A stretch of DNA of 64,000 nucleotides from an uncultured Oscillospiraceae bacterium (lineage in GTDB: Bacteria; Bacillota; Clostridia; Oscillospirales; Oscillospiraceae). Positions 57,061 through 64,000 of this stretch are shown piece by piece. The position numbers were made by a program, and so were the translations under genes. The stretch is from contig CAZKSR010000001.1 of NCBI GenBank assembly GCA_964555465.1, positions 39,354-103,353 on the forward strand. The letters are read 5' to 3'. How positions within the stretch are numbered: position 1 is the first letter of the stretch; each line of letters begins with the position of its first letter. The notes beneath the pieces were generated by a model. That model was not told where the DNA came from. It worked only from the letters and a program-made list of their open reading frames with translations, and did no database searches.

Positions 57061-58419
57061 TCAGCACTCGCCGTGGGCGTTGTAATTGCAGTGGTTCAGG
57101 CTCCCCCAGAGCTTGGCCGCTTCCTCGAGAATGTGGGCATTTTCGGCTTCCTCGTCGATGCCGATCAGCTCACGATCCTTCATGAGAAGCTTGCCGTTGG
57201 CGATGGTGGTCTGGCACTGGCGGCCGGTCATGCCGAAGATCATGTGGCCGTCGATATTGGCATCGGAGAAGGGCGTATAGGGCTTGTAATCCATGACGAT
57301 CACGTCAGCCGCCGCGCCTGCCTCGAGGACGCCGAGCTTGTCGGGGAAGTACTTCGCGCCGATGAGGGCGTTGTTCTTAAAGAGCATATCCGTGACCTCG
57401 CACCAGCCGACACCGGGATGACAGGCGTTCTGACGCTGCGCCGGGAGTGCGACCTTGATGGATTCAAGCATATCGTTGGTGTAAGCGTCGGTGCCCATGC
57501 CGATCAGGACGCCGGCCTTATACAGCGGCAGGACAGGGCAGGTGCCGACGGCATTGCCCATGTTGGATTCGGGGTTGTTGACGACCATGGTGCCGGTGCT
57601 CTTGATGATCTCGATTTCGGCGGAGTTGACATGGATGCAGTGACCCAAAATGGTCTTTTCTCCGAGAATCCCGTGATCCTGCAAACGCTGCACGGGGCGA
57701 CGACCGTAGTTTTGCAGGGAGTCATAGACATCGTTCATGCCCTCGGAGACATGGATGTGGAAGCCCGTGCGACCGTTGTTTGCCTCGACCATGCGGTCGA
57801 AGGTCTTGTCGGAGATGGTGAACAGGGCATGGCCGCCGAACATGGCGGCGAGCATCGGATCCTTCTGCTCTCGGCAATAAGTGATGAAGTCGGCATTTTC
57901 CTTGACGGCCTGAATGGATTTTTCCTCACCGTCACGGTCGGAGACTTCATAGCACAGGCAGGAGCGGACGCCGAATTTCTTTGCACTCTCGGCAATTCGG
58001 AAGAGGCTGCCGGGAATTTCGCAGAAGGAGGCGTGGTGATCGAAGATGGTGGTGACGCCCTGCTTGATGCAGTCGATGTAAAGCGCATCGGCGGAGGCCT
58101 TTGTTCCGGCGAGCGTCAGTTTGCGGTCGATTGCCCACCATGTGCCGTCCAAAACCTCGAAGAAGTTCGTGGGGCTGTTGCCCTTGATGGACAGGCCGCG
58201 AGCGAGGGCGTAATAGATGTGCGTATTGGCGATGATGAAGGCAGGCATGATGACGCCGCCCTTGGCATCGATGAACTCGGCTTCGGGGTACTTGGCCTTC
58301 AGGTCGGCGGTCTTGCCGACCTCCTTGATCTTGGTGCCGTCGATGACGACGCCGCCGTCGGGCAGGTAGGGAAGGGCTGCACTGCGAGTGATGAGCTTAC
58401 CGTTGGCGAGAATGTACAT
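57061..58419 (-). CDS. ssnA: putative aminohydrolase SsnA
   Basis: WWAIDR.L, GVTTIFDHHAS, LCYEVSDRDG, HALFT, HIHVSEG, NPESNMGNAVG, GTD; adjacent to ygfK. The first metal motif reads ANTH instead of xHxH. Confidence 0.9.
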   Translation of the reverse strand: MYILANGKLITRSAALPYLPDGGVVIDGTKIKEVGKTADLKAKYPEAEFIDAKGGVIMPAFIIANTHIYYALARGLSIKGNSPTNFFEVLDGTWWAIDRKLTLAGTKASADALYIDCIKQGVTTIFDHHASFCEIPGSLFRIAESAKKFGVRSCLCYEVSDRDGEEKSIQAVKENADFITYCREQKDPMLAAMFGGHALFTISDKTFDRMVEANNGRTGFHIHVSEGMNDVYDSLQNYGRRPVQRLQDHGILGEKTILGHCIHVNSAEIEIIKSTGTMVVNNPESNMGNAVGTCPVLPLYKAGVLIGMGTDAYTNDMLESIKVALPAQRQNACHPGVGWCEVTDMLFKNNALIGAKYFPDKLGVLEAGAAADVIVMDYKPYTPFSDANIDGHMIFGMTGRQCQTTIANGKLLMKDRELIGIDEEAENAHILEEAAKLWGSLNHCNYNAHGEC

Positions 58420-58455
58420 AGAAAAACCTCCTTGTGAATCGAGAAACTTCCGGAT

Positions 58456-58557
58456 AAACAAAAATGGAAATGCGAACCCATGGTTCAACATCTCCACTCA
58501 AGAAACCCTGAGTGATAGTCGTCAGCCCGTGCGCACAGCACTTCGTTACAGCTATCA
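58456..58557 (-). ncRNA. candidate cis-regulatory leader RNA (riboswitch/attenuator) of ssnA-ygfK
   Basis: Stem TGATAG/CTATCA, hairpin CACTCAGG/CTTGAGTG, then a terminator hairpin GGAGATG..CATTTCC + ATTTTTGTTT before the RBS. Confidence 0.55.
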
Positions 58558-58575
58558 ATCTGAAATTACATAACT

Positions 58576-58613
58576 ATTATAACGAAAAATCCTTGCAGAT
58601 GCAAGGATTTTTC
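58576..58613 (-). promoter_or_regulatory. sigma-A promoter with an overlapping perfect 14-bp palindrome
   Basis: TTGCAT-17 nt-TATAAT; GAAAAATCCTTGCA-ga-TGCAAGGATTTTTC at 58584-58613. Confidence 0.65.
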
Positions 58614-58678
58614 CGTTGCTATATTCTACAAATTTTTCGTGCGAATTTTGAGCAGATTGCCAAAAAGCAATTTCGCAC

Positions 58679-59278
58679 TTAAGCGTCCAATGCCGCGAGA
58701 ACCTCCTCAATGCTGCGCAGAACGCGGCCGCCGACAAGACCGTCGATGAAATTGTTCAGGACGTGCAGCTCATTATAGTAATTGCGCACATCGCTCTTAT
58801 AAACCAGCATCCGTTTGCCCAGCGCATAGGCCAGGCCAATCTCCGCCGCCGTGCCGGAGTCGATCTCGATACCGTTGCAGTTGGCCAGCAGGAGGTCACA
58901 TTCCCGAATGGCCTTCAGATCCATATAGAAGCAGCCTGCCTTGACCAGCTCGGAGCTTTCGTTGGTAATGACGATCTCCTGCGGAAGGAAGGTGGTGCAG
59001 CCGGCGGAACGAAGTGCATCGGAATTGCGCTGATTGGTGTAGCGGTCGCCCTCGTTGAACAGCGGGCCTGCCATATACACGCGCTTTTTGCCGTCCTCAT
59101 AGGGGTGCAGATACTTGTTCAGCGAGGCGACGGACTCCGCATCCGTAATCTGCACGAGCTCCTCACGGAAGGGGAAGCCCTCCGTGCCGTATTTTTCGGC
59201 AAACACAGGATAGCAGACGCCGTCCTTTTCATACACGGCGAAAATGGGGTCGTTCGGATCTCCGTAATAGAATTTCAT
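58679..59278 (-). CDS. nucleoside 2-deoxyribosyltransferase family protein with an N-terminal extension
   Basis: YMAGPLF, FLPQ, DLKAI..CD, DSGTAAEIGLAYALGK; AAGGAG RBS. Confidence 0.85.
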   Translation of the reverse strand: MKFYYGDPNDPIFAVYEKDGVCYPVFAEKYGTEGFPFREELVQITDAESVASLNKYLHPYEDGKKRVYMAGPLFNEGDRYTNQRNSDALRSAGCTTFLPQEIVITNESSELVKAGCFYMDLKAIRECDLLLANCNGIEIDSGTAAEIGLAYALGKRMLVYKSDVRNYYNELHVLNNFIDGLVGGRVLRSIEEVLAALDA

Positions 59279-59381
59279 GGCAATTCTCCTTTGCGTCGAT
59301 TCGAGGGCAAGCCCTCACCCTTATTATACGGAAAAGGCTTCGACGAAGCAAGACCTTTTTTGCATTTTTTGCCGACGGCGC

Positions 59382-59422
59382 AAAAAAAATGCACCCGTCG
59401 TCTTTTCGAGGACGGGTGCATT
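59382..59422 (-). terminator. intrinsic terminator
   Basis: aatgcacccgtc...gacgggtgcatt with an A8 run (T8 on the minus strand). Confidence 0.75.
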
Positions 59423-59442
59423 GCAAAGCGACTGCTTCGTCT

Positions 59443-60627
59443 TCAGATGAGGTCGGAGAGTCGGTAGAGCAGGGAGGCGGCTTCGATTCGGGTCATTTCC
59501 GCGCTGCTGAAGTCCGCGCGGATGCCGGCATCGGACAGAGCCGCTACCGCATAGGCCGCCCAGGACGGCTGCGAGGACTTCGCCGCCACTGCCGGGACGG
59601 GAAGCTCCAAAATGTTTTCCAGCATGACGGCTGCTTCCTGCCCCGTGATGGCATCATTGGCGCAGAAGCAAAGCCTGCCGGACGTATTTTTCCCGCGGAC
59701 GATACCATGGCGCAGTGCGGCGGAGAGATACGGCTGTACCCAGACGGGGACGGCGTCGGCATCGGAAATGGCGGTGAGGCTAGCTTCCGCGTCGGGCGAT
59801 ATGCCGAAAAGCTCCATCGCCATGACCAAAAACTCGCCGCGGCTGACGGTTTCGTGCGGACAGTAGCAGTATTCCGAGGCAATCGTGCGGCCGCTGCAAA
59901 GTCCCTGCTCCTGTGTCCACATTGCCTCGAAGCAGCTCAGGTCGCCCGAAAGGTCGGAAAATGTCATTTTTTGCGTCGGATTGAGGATGCGGATGCTCAC
60001 GGTTGCGGGCTTGGAGACGTTTCCGGCGTCGTCCGTTGCAGTATAGGTGAAGCGATCGTCTCCGACCTTGTTTTTATCCGGCGTATAGACGAACGTACCG
60101 TCGTCCGAGAGCGTCACGGTGCCGCGCTTCGGTGCGTCGACGAGCTGATAGGTCAGCTCGCCGCCCTCCTTGTCGGTGGCGGAGAGCTTGCCGTCGTTGG
60201 CGATGTTTTTGTAGGTTTCGAAGTCGATGTTGTTTGCCTTCGGCGCCTCGTTTTTGCCCGACTGAATCCGGATGGTGAGCTGAGTGGGGGAGGCAGGACA
60301 GGAGCCGTAGATGGGACAGTAGGTGAGAACGGCATCACTCGTCTCGGTGCAGGTCGGTACGAGTCTGAGAGCGGACAGGGAAGCGGCCGCGAGCGTATCG
60401 CCGGGGCGGATGGTGCGGCTGCCCAGCTTGACGACGGCAACGGACGCATCGGGCACGGCGGTAACGAAGATTCCGTCCACGCCGCCCGTTTCGGCTGAGG
60501 AAAAATCACCCTCGCTGAAGCAATATTCCGTTTGGCACAGCGTCTCGCCGTCGGCGGCCAGAACGCCCGTGCAAAGCAGAAGACCTATGAGCGCGGTAAA
60601 AAAGATACTGCGGAAAGTTTTTCGCAT
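59443..60627 (-). CDS. SLH-domain cell-surface protein with Ig/cadherin-like repeats
   Basis: Signal peptide; ATD.EG..LTY...P..GTV.L..DGTFVYTP...G.D.FTY; SLH-like motifs SRGEF, TGQEAA, TRIEAA. Confidence 0.82.
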   Translation of the reverse strand: MRKTFRSIFFTALIGLLLCTGVLAADGETLCQTEYCFSEGDFSSAETGGVDGIFVTAVPDASVAVVKLGSRTIRPGDTLAAASLSALRLVPTCTETSDAVLTYCPIYGSCPASPTQLTIRIQSGKNEAPKANNIDFETYKNIANDGKLSATDKEGGELTYQLVDAPKRGTVTLSDDGTFVYTPDKNKVGDDRFTYTATDDAGNVSKPATVSIRILNPTQKMTFSDLSGDLSCFEAMWTQEQGLCSGRTIASEYCYCPHETVSRGEFLVMAMELFGISPDAEASLTAISDADAVPVWVQPYLSAALRHGIVRGKNTSGRLCFCANDAITGQEAAVMLENILELPVPAVAAKSSQPSWAAYAVAALSDAGIRADFSSAEMTRIEAASLLYRLSDLI

Positions 60628-60659
60628 AAAGAATTCCTCCTGATCTGTTTTTTCGAGCC

Positions 60660-60689
60660 TAGCATGAGCCGAAATCATACAAATTATGC
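60660..60689 (-). promoter_or_regulatory. forespore sigma-G/F-like promoter
   Basis: GCATA-18 nt-CATGCTA upstream of the SLH gene's AGGAGG RBS. Confidence 0.5.
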
Positions 60690-60761
60690 AAAAAACTTCC
60701 TCCGAAAAAACGGAGGAAGTCGATATGCGATCGCACTTTTCGAGGAATGAAGCGCAGACGG

Positions 60762-61907
60762 TCAATACGGGCGGATATATTGCGCGCCGATGTCCCGTAC
60801 GGGGCGCATTTTGATGCCCGAGACGATGCCGACGGCAACGAAGGTCGTCAGGATCGAGCTGCCGCCGTAGCTGATGAAGGGCAGGGTCAGGCCGATGACC
60901 GGCACGAGGCCGAGACAGACGCCGATATTGATCAGGATTTGGAACAGGAGCATCGAGGCAATGCCGAGGCAGATCAGGCGGTACATATATTCCGGCGACT
61001 TCATGCCGACATAGATGATGCGGGCGACAATGGCCAGCAGGAGCAGCAGGACGAAGAGACAACCGAGCAAGCCGAGCTGCTCACCGATGGCGGAGAAGAT
61101 CATGTCCGTGTGCGCCTCGGGCAGACCGTTTTTGCTGAGCTGACCCCGAAACAGCCCCATGCCGGTGATGCCGCCGTTTTGCAGAGCCTCCTTGCTGAGA
61201 AGGGTCTGCCAAAGCTCCTTCCGACCGGTCGGGTCGATAGAGGGGTCAAAGAGCACCAGAATTCGGTTCTTTTGGTCCTCGCGGATGGCATACTGCCACA
61301 GGTACGGCGCGGCGAGGGCAACGGCACCGGCACCGCCCAAGAACCACCAGAGCTTCACGCCGCCGACATAGGCCATGGTGATGAAGATGAAAACGAAGAT
61401 CAGAGCAACGCCGGTATCGCTGGAGATGACAACGATGAGCGCGACGATGAAGAGCATATGTGCCGTCAGGGGGAGAACCGAACGGGGCGAGGAGATGCGA
61501 TCTCGATGGATGCTCATGGTCTTGGCCAGAATGATGATATAAGTGATCTTGCAGACCTCGGCAGGCTGAATGTTGAAGGGGAGAAACGGGAAGGACAGCC
61601 AGCTTTGGTTACCGGTGCCGCCCTCAATGCCCCAGATCAGCAGCATGGAGATGAAGACGGTGTTGAACAGAAAGAGGATCGTCCGCTGGCCGGCGAGAAT
61701 GTCAATATCGAAGGCCGTGAAGAAAAGATAGAGCAGGATGCCGGCGAGCATGGCACCGGTCTGAACGACGATAAAATTCCCACCGTCAACCCCCTTGACG
61801 GAATAGATCATCACGATGCCGAACAACGTCGCCAGCACGCACAGAGCCAGCAGTATCATATCGCCCTTCTTGATGATCTCCAGCAGCTTTGCACCGAATT
61901 TTTTCAT
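60762..61907 (-). CDS. rodA: SEDS family peptidoglycan glycosyltransferase (RodA/FtsW/SpoVE)
   Basis: SW.....QPAE..K, DTG, QS/LPEAHTDMIFS.IGE, G.TLPFISYGGSS; about 10 TMs. Confidence 0.85.
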   Translation of the reverse strand: MKKFGAKLLEIIKKGDMILLALCVLATLFGIVMIYSVKGVDGGNFIVVQTGAMLAGILLYLFFTAFDIDILAGQRTILFLFNTVFISMLLIWGIEGGTGNQSWLSFPFLPFNIQPAEVCKITYIIILAKTMSIHRDRISSPRSVLPLTAHMLFIVALIVVISSDTGVALIFVFIFITMAYVGGVKLWWFLGGAGAVALAAPYLWQYAIREDQKNRILVLFDPSIDPTGRKELWQTLLSKEALQNGGITGMGLFRGQLSKNGLPEAHTDMIFSAIGEQLGLLGCLFVLLLLLAIVARIIYVGMKSPEYMYRLICLGIASMLLFQILINIGVCLGLVPVIGLTLPFISYGGSSILTTFVAVGIVSGIKMRPVRDIGAQYIRPY

Positions 61908-62010
61908 GCGGTCACCTCCGATCCCTCATATTCTACCATCGAAAAACAATTCTGTAAACCCAATTTGCAAAATTTCCCGTTCTGTGTTATACTATGGGGG
62001 AAAGGGAGGG

Positions 62011-62454
62011 ATGATCTTGCAATTTATCACGCACAGCCCCGAAGAAACGGAGGCCGTCGGAGAACGCCTCGGAAAAGCACTCGGCGGCGGAGAGGTCATC
62101 GCCTATGTCGGTGATCTCGGCGCGGGGAAGACGGCATTTACGAGAGGACTGGCTCGCGGCCTCGGCATTTGCGACCGCGTGACCAGCCCGACATATACCA
62201 TCGTCAACGAATATCTCGGCGGCCGTCTGCCGCTGTTCCATTTTGATATGTACCGTCTCGGCTCCTCGGAGGAGCTGTTCGACATCGGCTGGGAAGATTA
62301 TCTGCGCCGCGGCGGTGTCTGTGCCGTCGAGTGGAGCGAGAACGTCTCGGATGCGCTCGATGCGCCGATTTGTGTTTGCATCGAGAAGCTTTCCGACGAA
62401 AGCCGCAGCATTACCGTCGAGGGAGGAACACACCTTGAAGATTTTAGCATTTGA
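62011..62454 (+). CDS. tsaE: tRNA t6A biosynthesis ATPase
   Basis: GDLGAGKT, SPTY.IVNEY, HFD.YRL, VEW. Confidence 0.95.
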   Translation: MILQFITHSPEETEAVGERLGKALGGGEVIAYVGDLGAGKTAFTRGLARGLGICDRVTSPTYTIVNEYLGGRLPLFHFDMYRLGSSEELFDIGWEDYLRRGGVCAVEWSENVSDALDAPICVCIEKLSDESRSITVEGGTHLEDFSI

Positions 62455-63142
62455 AAGCTCGGCAAAGGCTGCATCCGTTGCTCTGACGGACGATGCAGTC
62501 CTGATCGGTGAGGCGTACCAAAACTGCGGACAGACGCACAGCCGAACCTTGATGAAAATGGCGGAGGAGCTGCTGAAAAGCTGCGACTGCACGGTCGGGG
62601 AGCTGACCGCCGTCGCCTGCGCAGCGGGCCCGGGCAGCTTCACCGGCGTGCGCATCGGCGTCGCGGCGGCGAAGGGACTGGCCTGGGGTGCGGAAAAGCC
62701 CTGCGTCGGCGTTTCGACACTGGAGGCCATGGCTTATCAGGCAGCGGCTTTCGAGGGGGTCATCTGCTGCGCAATGGACGCCAGAAGGGAGCAGATCTAC
62801 CATGCTCTGTTCGATTGTCACGGCGGCGTATTGACAAGATTGTGCGAAGACTGTGCAATTTCGCTGGCCGATTTGGAAAAAGAGCTGAAATATATCGAAA
62901 GGCCGAAAATAACGGTTGGCGACGGCGCATTCCTGTGTTATAATAGCCTCGGTAAGTCCGTAAAAGACTTCGTCTGTGCGCCGGAGCATCTTCGGATGCA
63001 GCGGGCCTCGGGCGTTGCGCTGTGTGCAAGGCAGATGCTCCTCTCGGGGGCACGTGCCGACGGTGCGTCGCTCGTGCCGAACTATCTGCGCTTGTCACAG
63101 GCGGAGCGCGAGCGTCTGGAGAAAATGAAAGGAGATACATGA
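62435..63142 (+). CDS. tsaB: tRNA t6A biosynthesis protein
   Basis: TTG start after [32 protein letters not shown]. Confidence 0.94.
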   Translation: MKILAFESSAKAASVALTDDAVLIGEAYQNCGQTHSRTLMKMAEELLKSCDCTVGELTAVACAAGPGSFTGVRIGVAAAKGLAWGAEKPCVGVSTLEAMAYQAAAFEGVICCAMDARREQIYHALFDCHGGVLTRLCEDCAISLADLEKELKYIERPKITVGDGAFLCYNSLGKSVKDFVCAPEHLRMQRASGVALCARQMLLSGARADGASLVPNYLRLSQAERERLEKMKGDT

Positions 63143-63774
63143 TGGCGAATGTTCAGGTTTTGGAGCACCCTCTGCTGCATCACAAGCTTTCCATCCTGCG
63201 TGACAAGAACACCGGCGTTAAGGAATTCCGTGAGGCGGTCGGTGAGATCGCCGCGCTGATGTGCTATGAGGCAACACGCAACCTTCCGACGGAGGAGGTC
63301 GAAATCGAAACCCCGATCACAACCGCAAAATTCAAGGTTCTTTCCGGTAAGAAGATGGCAATTGTCCCCATTTTGCGCGCCGGCCTCGGCATGGTCGACA
63401 CCATGATTTCGCTCATCCCCTCGGCCAAGATCGGACACATCGGCCTGTATCGCGACCCCGAAACGCATGAGGCCGTTAAGTACTTCTGCAAAATGCCGCC
63501 GGATATTTCCGAGCGTCAGGTTTTCCTCGTCGATCCCATGCTGGCGACCGGCGGCAGTGCAATCGCGGCGATTGATATCCTCAAGAAGGAATACGGCTGC
63601 AAGAACATCACCATGATGAACATCATTGCCGCACCGGAGGGCATCGAGGCCATGCAAAAGGCGCATCCCGATGTCGACATCGTCGTAGCGGCAGTCGACC
63701 GCTGCCTCAACGAGCACGCCTATATCGTCCCCGGCTTGGGCGACTGCGGCGACCGTATCTTCGGAACGAAGTGA
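63139..63774 (+). CDS. upp: uracil phosphoribosyltransferase
   Basis: [39 protein letters not shown]. Confidence 0.97.
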   Translation: MMANVQVLEHPLLHHKLSILRDKNTGVKEFREAVGEIAALMCYEATRNLPTEEVEIETPITTAKFKVLSGKKMAIVPILRAGLGMVDTMISLIPSAKIGHIGLYRDPETHEAVKYFCKMPPDISERQVFLVDPMLATGGSAIAAIDILKKEYGCKNITMMNIIAAPEGIEAMQKAHPDVDIVVAAVDRCLNEHAYIVPGLGDCGDRIFGTK

Positions 63775-63829
63775 TTCGCAGACGGATGCGGAAAGCCTTC
63801 CGTACGGGAAACGCATACCGAAAATTTAC

Positions 63830-63867
63830 AACGGAGGATTCCAAAATCGGAATCCTCCGTTTCTTTT
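63830..63867 (+). terminator. intrinsic terminator
   Basis: aacggaggattcc-aaaatc-ggaatcctccgtt followed by a T-rich run. Confidence 0.8.
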
Positions 63868-64000
63868 ATGTCAGCAGCTTTCCGACAAAGGCGGCAATCG
63901 CCTTGTCGGTATCCGTCGTGTTGCGGAAAAACTTAAGCTTGTCCACATCGAACAAAATACATCCGCAATGCCCCTTGAAGGTCGGGAAACAGATGATTTT
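63866..64000 (-). CDS. C-terminal end of an unidentified CDS (continues beyond the window)
   Basis: Open frame KIICFPTFKGHCGCILFDVDKLKFFRNTTDTDKAIAAFVGKLLT* ending at the terminator. Confidence 0.5.
   Translation of the reverse strand, partial: KIICFPTFKGHCGCILFDVDKLKFFRNTTDTDKAIAAFVGKLLT

Noticed and set aside
58456..58557. Canonical guanine/adenine riboswitch
   Set aside because: The conserved core nucleotides and loop-loop sequences are absent. It is kept only as an unassigned leader.
1..64000. CRISPR array, prophage, IS elements or defence islands
   Set aside because: I recognised no regularly spaced repeats and no transposase, integrase, phage structural or cas-like proteins.

Overview
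This is a 64-kb core-chromosome segment of a GC-rich, probably spore-forming gut Clostridia bacterium (Oscillospiraceae-like; inferred from gene content, SLH proteins and sporulation-type promoters). It holds about 55 CDS. These include mutY, a YfhO-type membrane glycosyltransferase, a serpin lipoprotein, a gtrA/SLH-phosphoesterase/PAP2 operon, recD2-comF-mreB, a lipid cluster (degV, tetR, DUF1624, acyl-CoA ligase, CDP-alcohol phosphatidyltransferase) beside an HssRS-like two-component system, tex, ddl, pstSCAB-phoU-phoPR, type III glnA, argD-argF, prfA-sua5-coaE/M18 aminopeptidase, an AlaX editing protein, ssnA-ygfK, rodA and tsaE-tsaB-upp. There are two tRNA-Ser genes. I saw no integrase, transposase, prophage or CRISPR array. 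The most notable signals are: (1) a stop-less in-frame CoaE-M18 aminopeptidase fusion with an internal RBS; (2) a (TA)12 tract inside a -35/-10 spacer that looks like a phase-variable promoter; (3) a structured, terminator-containing leader plus a perfect palindrome upstream of ssnA-ygfK; (4) an altered metal-binding motif in SsnA; (5) HssR-box-like repeats facing a phospholipid-synthesis gene; and (6) a long shared promoter motif before two likely spore genes. All calls come from motif recognition by eye; no searches were run.
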